From assembly GCA_902801825.1 (NCBI GenBank), contig CADCJS010000001.1, positions 40,872-104,871 on the forward strand: a DNA stretch of 64,000 nt, written 5' to 3'. Position 1 is the stretch's first letter; the number at the start of each line of letters is the position of its first letter. The position numbers and the translations under genes were made by a program. The DNA is from an uncultured Erysipelotrichaceae bacterium. GTDB taxonomy: Bacteria; Bacillota_I; Bacilli_A; RF39; UBA660. Shown one piece after another: positions 43,095 to 52,568 of the stretch. Under the pieces are notes generated by a model, which was not told the DNA's origin, made no database searches, and saw only the letters and a program-made list of their open reading frames with translations.

Positions 43095-46000
43095 TTAATC
43101 ATCTCCTTTAATTAAATTAACAACTCTTCCAAAGGAATGCATAAATACTTTTTTAGTAAATATATTAGTATATCTAATATTATAATTATTTCCTTGAATA
43201 ACATTTAATTCTTCTTTATCTCTTGTTATTGAACCTTCAACTTTATCTATTTCATATTCCTGTGGAACAATCTCTTCTATAGAATATTTTCCAGGATCAA
43301 CATATACATTACTACATTCTTCTTTTTTAATTGCAATATAACTCTCATACTCATTATTAGTACCTTTTATTTTAAATTGGAATGTATTATTTAAAGATAA
43401 ATTATTTACTTTTTTACAAATTGTAATTTTACTTTGTAAATTAGCTGTTGCAGTATCTTTAATATCTTCATCATCATCAAATGTAGAATCAATATCAGCT
43501 TCAGCATCTATAACTTGTACTTCATTTATTACACGATTTGTATCATTTTTAGTAACTTTATATTTAGCATATACTATAACACTTGAATTAGCACTTATAG
43601 TAGGTATATTTACTAAATAATCATTAACTATTTCATAATTAGAGTTTTCCACAAAAGAAGCATTAATAGTGTTTTCTCTAACTTTAACATTTTTTATATC
43701 ATATGATTCATTATTTGTAATTGTAATTTTATAATCAATAGTATCATTAAATCTATAGTATGGTTTATTACTAGTTATTTCTTTTGTTATAGAAGGTTTA
43801 ATTTTACCTGTAACTTTTAATATTCCATTATTATATGTAATATCATAATTATCATTACTTATAACATTACTATTATTATCAGTAATTGTTATATTTTGAA
43901 TCTCTTTTTGAGTTATTCCAATATTAGTAATACTTCCAGTAACTTCACATCCAGATAATATTTGATTTTGACCTAAAGAACTACCTAGTTTTAAAGAACA
44001 TGTATTTTGTTCAGCATTTAAAGGAGTTCCATCATATACTTTTTCTTGATTAGTAGTAGTAACTACTATTTGTCTTTTATTTATTTTTAATGTTTTATTT
44101 ATTTTAGTAATATCATAGTTGTTTGTAATATCAACATTATTAGAATCTTTAATAACAACAGTATTAATTATTTTATTCACAGGATTTCCAACGTTAGTGA
44201 TAGAACCAGTATTAGTACATGTTAATGTTTGATCATTTAATAATTCATTACTAGAACAATCATTTTCAGCATTTAAAGGAGTTCCATCATAATCTTTAAT
44301 TTGGTTAGTAGTAGTAACAGTAATAGGTTTTTTAGTAATTGTTAAAGTACCATTTGTTTTTGTTATTTCATAATTATTTGTAACATCGGTATTATTAGAA
44401 TCTTTAATAACAACAGTATCTATTATTTTATTTTCAGTTCCAACATTAGTAATAGAACCAGTATTAGTACAACTAATATTATGATTAGTTACTAAACCGT
44501 CATTAGAACAATTATTATCAGCTTCTAGTGGAGAACCATCATATACTTTTTCTTGGTTAGTAGTAGTAACGGTAATAGGTTTTTTAGTAACAGTTAATGT
44601 ACCACTAATTTTATTTATATCATAATTATTAGTAACATCGATATTATTAGAATCTTTAATAGTTACTGAAGTAATTTTATTTTCTTTTGTTCCAACTTTT
44701 GTTATTGAACCTGAATTTACAAATGTAGGGGTATGATTATCAACAAGATTATTACAAGTACCATTACTATTTAATAATGGTGTACCATCATAAACTTTAC
44801 TATCACTAGCACTTGTACAATCAATAGGTCTTGGTTCAATAGTTAAACTAGCATTATTAACTTTAATTTTATAATTTAATAATGAAATATTATTATTATT
44901 CTTCTTAATTATTAACTCATTTAAAGTTTTTTCGGTAGATCCTACATCAGTAATACTTCCATTTGTATTACATGTAGATATAGTTTGACCATTAGGTAAC
45001 TGTGTATTTTGATCTATTAAACATTCATTAGTTGAATTTAAAGGAGTTCCATCATAAATCTTACTTTGATCAGAGAGATTAATAGTTAATTCACGTTGAT
45101 AAATAATCAATTTTCCATAATTATATGATATATCATAATTATTAGTAACATCTTGTTTATTTGAATTCTTTATTACTACTGAATCTATATGATTATCAGT
45201 CATTCCATAAGGTTCAGTAATTTCTGAACTTTCTCCTGAAACATAGTTTTGTAATAATGTTAAATCATTATTATCAATACTTCCGTCAATATTTATGTCT
45301 GCATTTTTTAATAAATTTTCATCAGTTATTACTTGAATATTATTAATATGATTTGATAATATTGCAACATCTCCAGAATTAATTGATCCATCATTATTTA
45401 CGTCCCCTGGAAGAACAGTTACTTCAGTTATACTTCCTGAGTTAGTAAGTTTTGCAGTATGGTTAGGAATTAAACCTGTGCATGTTCCATTTCCATTTGT
45501 TAATGGTGAACCATCATATTTTTTTATTAATGTATTACTAGTACAAGTTAGGGCGATTGGTTTAATTGTTAGATTTCCTTTTATAATTGTTACATTATAT
45601 AAACTAGTAACATCATCATTATCTTTCATTATTTTATAATTTAGTAATTCATTATTATATGTACCAACATTTACTATATTATTATTTTCTGTATTTAATG
45701 ATGTATTACAAATTGTAAATGATGCACCTGTATCTAAATAACCTGATGTTACATTACAACTAGTATTAATATTATCATTTCTATATATAGAATTACCATC
45801 ATAATTCTTTGTATAAGAAGGAGTTTTAATTGTAATATCTTTTGTGTAAATAGCATATAGTGTTGTTGTTTCTAATGATTCATTTACATGTAATTCTTCA
45901 GCAGAAGGTATATTATATGAATCTAATAAATTATTTCCATTATATAGTTGTTCTTTACTCCAACCTATAAATTTCCAACCATTTTTATTACATTTTTTAG

Positions 46001-47753
46001 TTAAATCTACATCATCATCAACATTATAATATTGTGTAGAAATAGCTGCATTACCCTGATATCCAGTTCCACCATTAGCTGAACAGTTATAAACAACCTT
46101 TGGACTTTTAATTGTAACGGATACATTATCAGTATTTTTTGTAACTTCAGTAGCATTATTGGAATCTTTTGTAGAAGATACACTAGCGGTATTATTTATT
46201 GTGATAGGACTACTAACTGGTGTATTATAAGAAACAGGAATTTTTAAAGTATATAAATTGTTATAAGCACTGGATGTATTAAAATATTCACTTGAATTCT
46301 TATAAGAAGCAGAAACTGTATTATTTTGATTTGATATATTAAAATTATTACTTATATCATTATTATTATTATCATAGATTGTAGTTCCATCTAAAACAGT
46401 TAATCCACTATCTATAGAATCTTCAATAACTAAGTTTTTTAATTTTTCACTTGTAGAAAAATTATTATAAACAGTTGAAAAACCTAATTCATTACTATAA
46501 TAGTTATTTGGAATATATTGTTTAATATAATAGTCAAATGATTCACCGGTATAAGCATAACCATCATTTGGCATTTCATACTGATAATCTACAGATTTTT
46601 TTGGATTATCAATATTACTCATATCATAACCTTGTGGAGAAAAGAATGCAAAATCCATTCCGCAAGATACACCTGCATAATTAAATGTATACACTCCTGA
46701 TAAATCAGAGGTTAATAATTCTGCTGAAGTAGCATAATAAATTCCATTAATATTACCAGTACTAGTAATATAAGGATTTGCTGCAGCGAAAACACCATTA
46801 CCATTTTCATTATGACTTAAATATAATTCACTGCTAGATTTTGTTTTAATTTCTCCATCAGAAGAAGTAGTATAATCCCTAACCTTCATAGATTTACTAT
46901 CACTTTTATAGTATAAATTTGTATATCCACTAGTAGGATAAATACCTTCTCTTCCTTTAAAAACTGATGCATTTTCATAATATACAGGCATATCTATATC
47001 ATAATAAAAAGAATTTACTTTAGTTATATTGGTTGCAATTTCACTATTATTTAAAATTGATTGTAATCCATTAACATATTTAATACTGTTACTATCAGGT
47101 GTATAGTTTCCACCAATTTGTATATCTTTATAATAAGAAACAGTAACTTGTGCTTCTGCATATCTTGCTATTAAATCAAACTGTATAGGATCATTATAAT
47201 CTAATTTTTTATTAGTGTAATTTGTTTTTTTAGTATCTATTCGGTCTTGTGAAGAAATATGTCCATCACTATCTGAATTAAATATGTAAGGGCTTAGTGA
47301 TATTTGTATATTACTATCATTATTCCATAAACTTACAGGTGTAATACTTACAACAACATCTATTAATTCATTATTATTATCGAGTGCACAATCAGTAATA
47401 ATATATTTTATTTCTTGATTTATATTATTCATTGTGAATATTGGTGTATTAGCTGTTCCTTTAGAAGCATTTGCATTATTAAAAACATCATCTCTTATAT
47501 CAACATTAATTGAATTTGAATTTTTATATGCATATATATTTGTATTCTTAGTATAAAAAATTGTTGAATGTGAATATGTATTATCAATAAGACTTAAATC
47601 ACTCCAATTATGAAAAGTTGTTGCTTGTGAAACAGAACTTTTAAGTTTGAAGAAGTTATTAACCATACTTAAATTTGATGAAAAAGAAAGAATAAGTGTT
47701 AGTAATACCAAACAAACAAATAATAAAAATTTTCTATATTTTATATTCTTCAT
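43095..47753 (-). CDS. Giant secreted surface protein with multiple recognisable domains
   Basis: 1552 aa with the following layout:
- Signal peptide.
- About 500 aa of unassigned N-terminal region.
- Listeria-Bacteroides (Flg_new-type) repeat, aa ~551-637 (NGWKFIGWS).
- Seven ~85-aa MBG-type repeats with a K-x-YDG(T/S)PL ... GSIT-x-VG ... NNYDI ... G-x-LTI pattern, aa ~643-1317.
- Dockerin at aa 780-840.
- DUF11-like then Cna-B/SpaA-like C-terminal domains (IVPQEYEI). Confidence 0.8.
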   Translation of the reverse strand: MKNIKYRKFLLFVCLVLLTLILSFSSNLSMVNNFFKLKSSVSQATTFHNWSDLSLIDNTYSHSTIFYTKNTNIYAYKNSNSINVDIRDDVFNNANASKGTANTPIFTMNNINQEIKYIITDCALDNNNELIDVVVSITPVSLWNNDSNIQISLSPYIFNSDSDGHISSQDRIDTKKTNYTNKKLDYNDPIQFDLIARYAEAQVTVSYYKDIQIGGNYTPDSNSIKYVNGLQSILNNSEIATNITKVNSFYYDIDMPVYYENASVFKGREGIYPTSGYTNLYYKSDSKSMKVRDYTTSSDGEIKTKSSSELYLSHNENGNGVFAAANPYITSTGNINGIYYATSAELLTSDLSGVYTFNYAGVSCGMDFAFFSPQGYDMSNIDNPKKSVDYQYEMPNDGYAYTGESFDYYIKQYIPNNYYSNELGFSTVYNNFSTSEKLKNLVIEDSIDSGLTVLDGTTIYDNNNNDISNNFNISNQNNTVSASYKNSSEYFNTSSAYNNLYTLKIPVSYNTPVSSPITINNTASVSSTKDSNNATEVTKNTDNVSVTIKSPKVVYNCSANGGTGYQGNAAISTQYYNVDDDVDLTKKCNKNGWKFIGWSKEQLYNGNNLLDSYNIPSAEELHVNESLETTTLYAIYTKDITIKTPSYTKNYDGNSIYRNDNINTSCNVTSGYLDTGASFTICNTSLNTENNNIVNVGTYNNELLNYKIMKDNDDVTSLYNVTIIKGNLTIKPIALTCTSNTLIKKYDGSPLTNGNGTCTGLIPNHTAKLTNSGSITEVTVLPGDVNNDGSINSGDVAILSNHINNIQVITDENLLKNADINIDGSIDNNDLTLLQNYVSGESSEITEPYGMTDNHIDSVVIKNSNKQDVTNNYDISYNYGKLIIYQRELTINLSDQSKIYDGTPLNSTNECLIDQNTQLPNGQTISTCNTNGSITDVGSTEKTLNELIIKKNNNNISLLNYKIKVNNASLTIEPRPIDCTSASDSKVYDGTPLLNSNGTCNNLVDNHTPTFVNSGSITKVGTKENKITSVTIKDSNNIDVTNNYDINKISGTLTVTKKPITVTTTNQEKVYDGSPLEADNNCSNDGLVTNHNISCTNTGSITNVGTENKIIDTVVIKDSNNTDVTNNYEITKTNGTLTITKKPITVTTTNQIKDYDGTPLNAENDCSSNELLNDQTLTCTNTGSITNVGNPVNKIINTVVIKDSNNVDITNNYDITKINKTLKINKRQIVVTTTNQEKVYDGTPLNAEQNTCSLKLGSSLGQNQILSGCEVTGSITNIGITQKEIQNITITDNNSNVISNDNYDITYNNGILKVTGKIKPSITKEITSNKPYYRFNDTIDYKITITNNESYDIKNVKVRENTINASFVENSNYEIVNDYLVNIPTISANSSVIVYAKYKVTKNDTNRVINEVQVIDAEADIDSTFDDDEDIKDTATANLQSKITICKKVNNLSLNNTFQFKIKGTNNEYESYIAIKKEECSNVYVDPGKYSIEEIVPQEYEIDKVEGSITRDKEELNVIQGNNYNIRYTNIFTKKVFMHSFGRVVNLIKGDD
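43803..45827 (-). repeat. Tandem array of seven ~255-bp coding repeats (MBG-type domains)
   Basis: Protein repeats read directly from the translation. Repeats 5 and 6 (44579-44325 and 44324-44070) share long identical stretches, such as ITVTTTNQ, TNTGSITNVG and TVVIKDSNN. Confidence 0.8.
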
Positions 47754-47875
47754 ATTAACCTCTATTCTATATAATTATAACATAAAATATAAAAAAATAT
47801 ATATAATTATCAAAATATCTTGAAAAATAATTTTGATAATGCTAAAATTGATTTAGAATAGAAAGAGGAATGTAT

Positions 47876-48466
47876 ATGAATAATGTATTACAAAATATTA
47901 TGTATTTTATTAATGATAATACAATTTTATTAATTTGTATTTGTGGGTTTTTAATTTTAGTATTAATTGGTTATTTAATCGATAGTAGTATAAAAGCTAG
48001 AAATTTAGAAAAAAGTATTAGTTTAACAAATAAAAATAATATTAATACTGAGACAGATAAATTTTATAATCAAACAAAAGAAGAAAATGTTGATATTCCT
48101 GTTAAAAAAAATATAGAAGATTCTAAAGAAGAATTTCCAAAGCAAGAAGAAATAAAAGAAGAACCAAAAGAAATAATAGAAACAAAAGTTGAGGAACCAG
48201 AGGAAGTAAAAAACGAAGTGCTTCCAGATTTCACTGAACAAAAACCTATAGAAGAAACTAAACCTCAAGAAGAAGTTGCAAAGGTTGAAGAACCAAAAAA
48301 TAATAATAAAAAATTATCTGAAATTCTTGGTGGTATTAATAAAAATACTGAAACAAAAATTGAAGATAATTCAGTAGATAATGAATTAGATAGAATAATG
48401 AAAAAACTAGATAGTAATAAAGATAGAACACTTGATGAAACAACAGATTTTAACAATATGTTTTAA
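47876..48466 (+). CDS. Hypothetical membrane-anchored protein with Glu/Lys/Pro-rich region
   Basis: N-terminal TM helix, then an EEP/KEE low-complexity stretch. Followed by a strong hairpin terminator (48466-48497). Confidence 0.5.
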   Translation: MNNVLQNIMYFINDNTILLICICGFLILVLIGYLIDSSIKARNLEKSISLTNKNNINTETDKFYNQTKEENVDIPVKKNIEDSKEEFPKQEEIKEEPKEIIETKVEEPEEVKNEVLPDFTEQKPIEETKPQEEVAKVEEPKNNNKKLSEILGGINKNTETKIEDNSVDNELDRIMKKLDSNKDRTLDETTDFNNMF

Positions 48467-48557
48467 TATATAGCTTAAAAAAGCTATATATTTTTTTCAT
48501 TTTTTATATATTAAAATTTATTTTTATGTTATAATTTTAGAGTACTGGGATGATGAT

Positions 48558-49256
48558 ATGAAAAATATTAAAAAAATTATATTTTTTTCATTTATTTTGT
48601 TTTTAACTGGGTGTAGTGTCGACTATAAATTAACAATTAATAAAGATTCAACAATTAATGAAAAAGTAGTTGCAAAAGAAAATACAAATAGGATGAAATC
48701 AAAAACAAACTTAGATGAAAAACAATCTGTTACTTTTTTAACAAATATTTATAATAGAAATAAATTAGATATTAAAACTAGTACTAAAAGTGATAACTAT
48801 AATACAGAAGTAACTGCTTTTTTATCATATGATTCAATTGAAAAATATAGGGATAATTTTTCATCAGATGTTATAAAAAAGGTAAAAGTTACTAGAGATG
48901 GGGATATAGTAACTTTAATTGCAAAACAAAATGTTAAACTTGATTCAAATGCTTCTAGAAGTTTAATATATGATGATATAACTGTACAAATAGAAGTTCC
49001 ATTTGTTGTTATAGATAATAATGCAGATCAAGTAGATGGTAATATTTATACATGGTATATTAAAAAAGATAAAGATATAAAAACAATTAGAATTAAATAT
49101 AAAGACAAAGAAATAAAAAATTCTATTAAAATTAATGTAAAAAACAAAGATATTAATATTAAATATGAAGTTATTTTTAGTGCTGTTATTGTTTTATTTT
49201 TAGGTTTTATATTTATAATATTAAATTATAAGAATAAGAAGAATAATAGAATTTAG
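48558..49256 (+). CDS. Putative lipoprotein with additional C-terminal TM helix
   Basis: Lipobox LTGCS. C-terminal hydrophobic segment followed by KNKKNNRI. Confidence 0.6.
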   Translation: MKNIKKIIFFSFILFLTGCSVDYKLTINKDSTINEKVVAKENTNRMKSKTNLDEKQSVTFLTNIYNRNKLDIKTSTKSDNYNTEVTAFLSYDSIEKYRDNFSSDVIKKVKVTRDGDIVTLIAKQNVKLDSNASRSLIYDDITVQIEVPFVVIDNNADQVDGNIYTWYIKKDKDIKTIRIKYKDKEIKNSIKINVKNKDINIKYEVIFSAVIVLFLGFIFIILNYKNKKNNRI

Positions 49257-49265
49257 GAGGAAGTT

Positions 49266-50090
49266 ATGAATTTAGATAGTTTTTTAACAATTTTTAAAAA
49301 AGTTGTTGATATATGTTTAGTATGGATAATGTCATACTATATTTTAAAAAATATTAGAAAAAATGTTAAATTTTCTTTATTATTTAAAGGAATATTAATA
49401 GTAGTATTAGTTAAGATTATTAGTGATTGGTTTGGATTAGTTACTATTGGATTATTATTTGAATATGTTATAACTTGGGGACCACTTGCTATAATTATTA
49501 TATTTCAACCAGAAATTAGAAGTGTATTAGAACAATTAGGTAAAACTAATTTATTAGGAAGACATAAAACATTAACTATTTCAGAAAGAGAAAAACTAGT
49601 ATATGAAATTGGTTTATCTTTAGAATATTTAAAGAAAAATAGAATAGGTGCTTTAATAGTTTTAGAAAGAGATTCATCTCTATTAAATTATATTGAAAAA
49701 GCAAAAAAAATATATGCTGATATTTCAAATGAATTATTATGTTCAATTTTCTTCCCAGATAATCCATTACATGATGGTGGAGTAATTATCCAAGGAGATA
49801 AGATTTCATGTGCTGGTGCAGTTTTCCCTACAACAGTAGATATGAAATTTAGTAAAAGACTAGGAACAAGACATAGAGCAGCAATAGGAATATCTGAAGA
49901 AAGTGATGCAATAGCAATTATCGTATCAGAAGAAACAGGAAGAGTTTCTGTGGCAGTAGATGGAAAATTAAATTATAATTTATCTATAAATGAAGTTAAA
50001 AAACTTATTTTAGAAGAATTAATGCCAAAATCTGAAACTTTTGTAGTTGAAACAGATGATGAGGAGGATGACATTGATGAGATTAATTAG
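49266..50090 (+). CDS. cdaA: Diadenylate cyclase CdaA (DisA_N domain)
   Basis: Three N-terminal TM helices. DAC motifs DGGVII and GTRHRAA. Confidence 0.92.
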   Translation: MNLDSFLTIFKKVVDICLVWIMSYYILKNIRKNVKFSLLFKGILIVVLVKIISDWFGLVTIGLLFEYVITWGPLAIIIIFQPEIRSVLEQLGKTNLLGRHKTLTISEREKLVYEIGLSLEYLKKNRIGALIVLERDSSLLNYIEKAKKIYADISNELLCSIFFPDNPLHDGGVIIQGDKISCAGAVFPTTVDMKFSKRLGTRHRAAIGISEESDAIAIIVSEETGRVSVAVDGKLNYNLSINEVKKLILEELMPKSETFVVETDDEEDDIDEIN

Positions 50091-51417
50091 AGGTATTGTA
50101 AGATTTTTTGATAGAAAAATAATATTACCTGTTACAAAATTTTTTGTTAATATAGGTAAAAAAATTAAAAAAATTAATAAACCATTAGAATCATTATTAA
50201 AAACAAAAAGTAGTTTAATAGTTGTTTCATTATTATTAGCTATGGTAATATTCTTAATAGTTGATTCAAAAAGTACAACTTTATTAGAAACAGATGCTGA
50301 AGTATTATATAACCAAAAAGTAACTGCAAATTATAATGATGAAGAATATGTTGTTACTGGTTTACCTAAAACTGTAGATATTACAATGATAGGAACTAAA
50401 GCAAATTTATATTTAGCTAAACAATTACCTGAACAACCAGTAACAGTAGATTTAAGTAATTTATCTCCAGGTGTTCATGAAGTAAAATTAAAATATAAAC
50501 AAGCAATAACTTCTGTTGAATATAAATTAGATCCTTCAACAGTAACAGTTAGTATTGATACTAAACAATCTATTACTAGAGAAATATCTTCAGAAATTGT
50601 AAATTTAGATAATTTAGATAGTAAGTATTCAGTATCTAGTGTTAAATTAGATTCAAACAATGTAATTATAAAAGGATCAGAGGCTAAATTAAAAGAAGTA
50701 GCAACAGTAAAGGCATTAATTAATATATCAAAAATAGTAGATGTTAAAGTAGGAGATAATGTTTTAAATGATGTAGAGTTAGTTGCTTATAATGAAAATG
50801 GTAAAAAAATAAATGTAGAATTAGTTCCAAAAAAACTAAATGCAACTGTAAAAATTGAATCTCCAAATAAGACAGTCCCATTAAAAATCAAACCAACTGG
50901 TGTTGATAAAATAGCTTTTGGTAAAGCAATATCATCAATAAAATCAAATGTTGATCAAGTTACTATTTATGGTAATGAAGAAGTATTAAATGAAATAGAT
51001 GCAATAACAGTTAATATAGATGTATCTAATTTAAAGAGTAATAAAAAATATACAAAAACTATTAAAAAGCCTAAAGGAATTAGAGAAATATCTTCAAAAA
51101 CAGTAACAGCTGAAATATCTATAGATGATGAAGCATCTACAGAAGTATCTGGTGTTAGATTAAGTTATATTAATTTAGGATCAAATTATACAGTACAAGC
51201 AACAGAATCTAGTACAACTGAAATTCCTGTAACTCTTAAAGGTGTTAAATCAGTTATAGAAAATATAACTGCAACTGATATAGAAGCATATGTGGATTTA
51301 AAAGATTTAGGTGTAGGAGAACATGAAGTTGATGTAAAAGTTAAAGGAAATGATCCAAAAGTTAATTATTCTCCAAGAATAACTAAAGTAAAAATTCAAA
51401 TTGCTGATAAACAATAG
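50077..51417 (+). CDS. cdaR: CdaA regulatory protein CdaR (YbbR-domain repeats)
   Basis: N-terminal TM helix plus repeated YbbR-like beta domains. Overlaps the cdaA 3' end. ATG 8 nt after GAGGAGGA. Confidence 0.8.
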   Translation: MRLIRGIVRFFDRKIILPVTKFFVNIGKKIKKINKPLESLLKTKSSLIVVSLLLAMVIFLIVDSKSTTLLETDAEVLYNQKVTANYNDEEYVVTGLPKTVDITMIGTKANLYLAKQLPEQPVTVDLSNLSPGVHEVKLKYKQAITSVEYKLDPSTVTVSIDTKQSITREISSEIVNLDNLDSKYSVSSVKLDSNNVIIKGSEAKLKEVATVKALINISKIVDVKVGDNVLNDVELVAYNENGKKINVELVPKKLNATVKIESPNKTVPLKIKPTGVDKIAFGKAISSIKSNVDQVTIYGNEEVLNEIDAITVNIDVSNLKSNKKYTKTIKKPKGIREISSKTVTAEISIDDEASTEVSGVRLSYINLGSNYTVQATESSTTEIPVTLKGVKSVIENITATDIEAYVDLKDLGVGEHEVDVKVKGNDPKVNYSPRITKVKIQIADKQ

Positions 51418-51553
51418 TCAAAAAGCATAATAATTATGCTTTTTTTGTTGACTTTAAACATAAAATTTAGTAAAATTAAAACTGGTACATTTATACCCCA
51501 CAAATAAATTAACTCTGGGAAAGTTAATTTAATTAAGAAAGGGAGAATTAAAT

Positions 51554-51985
51554 ATGAAAACATTTATGGCTAAAAAGTCAGATGTAAAACGTGATTGGTA
51601 TGTTATAGATGCTGAAGGTCAAACATTAGGTAGATTAGCATCTAAAGTAGCAACTGTATTACGTGGTAAACACAAAGCAATTTATACACCTCATGTAGAC
51701 TGTGGAGATTATGTAATTGTAATCAATGCTGAAAAAGTAAAATTAACTGGAAATAAACTTGATCAAAAAATGTATTATAATCATAGTGGATATCCAGGAG
51801 GATTAAGAGAAAGAAATGCTAAAGTTATGATTGAAAAATATCCTGAAGAAATGGTTGAAAGAGCAATTAAAGGAATGCTTCCACATGGAAGATTAGGAAG
51901 ACAAATGTACAAAAAATTATTTGTATATAAAGGTTCTGAACATAAACATCAAGCTCAACAACCTAAAGAATTAAAGATGGATTAA
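51554..51985 (+). CDS. rplM: 50S ribosomal protein L13
   Basis: 143 aa of canonical L13 ([19 protein letters not shown]). Confidence 0.97.
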   Translation: MKTFMAKKSDVKRDWYVIDAEGQTLGRLASKVATVLRGKHKAIYTPHVDCGDYVIVINAEKVKLTGNKLDQKMYYNHSGYPGGLRERNAKVMIEKYPEEMVERAIKGMLPHGRLGRQMYKKLFVYKGSEHKHQAQQPKELKMD

Positions 51986-51997
51986 GGAGGAATTTAA

Positions 51998-52414
51998 ATG
52001 GCAACAAAAAAATATTATGCTACTGGACATAGAAAATCTTCAATGGCTAAGGTTACTATGGTATCTGGTAAAGGTAAAATAACTATAAATGGAAAAGAAT
52101 TAAATGAATATCTTCCATTCCAAACTTTAATAATGAATTTAAAACAACCTTTAGAAGTTACAAATACTTTAGATAAGTTTGATATTGAAATAGTTGCAAC
52201 TGGTGGTGGTTTCTCTGGACAAACTGGTGCAGCTCGTCAAGGTATAACAAAAGCATTACTTGAATATGATAAAAATACAGATCCTAACTCAGAAAATTCT
52301 TTTAGAAAAATTCTTAAAGCTAAAGGATTTATTACTAGAGATTCAAGAATTAAAGAAAGAAAGAAACCAGGATTAAAGAAAGCAAGAAAAGCTCCACAAT
52401 TTTCAAAGAGATAA
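51998..52414 (+). CDS. rpsI: 30S ribosomal protein S9
   Basis: 138 aa of canonical S9 ending ...KAPQFSKR. The last 9 nt lie inside the left direct repeat of the islet. Confidence 0.97.
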   Translation: MATKKYYATGHRKSSMAKVTMVSGKGKITINGKELNEYLPFQTLIMNLKQPLEVTNTLDKFDIEIVATGGGFSGQTGAARQGITKALLEYDKNTDPNSENSFRKILKAKGFITRDSRIKERKKPGLKKARKAPQFSKR

Positions 52415-52468
52415 GATTATTGTTTATATTTTAAAAAAAGTCCATTTTATGGGCTTTTTTTTGATGTC
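52406..52468 (+). repeat. Left copy of 62/63-bp direct repeat (attL-like)
   Basis: AAGAGATAAGATTATTGTTTATATTTTAAAAAAAGTCCATTTTATGGGC-T8-GATGTC. It contains the rpsI stop codon and the rpsI intrinsic terminator (52433-52462). Identical to 54171-54232 except for T8 versus T7. Confidence 0.9.
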
Positions 52469-52500
52469 AAGATATACAAAATATGCACCTTTTAGAGGAC

Positions 52501-52521
52501 GTAGGCTACATGTAGGCTACA
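52501..52521 (+). repeat. Left pair of phased 10-mers
   Basis: GTAGGCTACA-t-GTAGGCTACA with an 11-bp period, starting 32 bp inside the left direct repeat. Confidence 0.8.
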
Positions 52522-52568
52522 AATTTAAGAATTTGTGATATAATTATATAAGAATGTAGGTGTTAAAT

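Noticed and set aside
43803-45827. Regularly spaced DNA repeats that might be taken for a CRISPR-like array.
   Set aside because: The period is about 255 bp, the repeats are in-frame protein domains of one long ORF, and there are no short unique spacers. No CRISPR array occurs elsewhere in the window.
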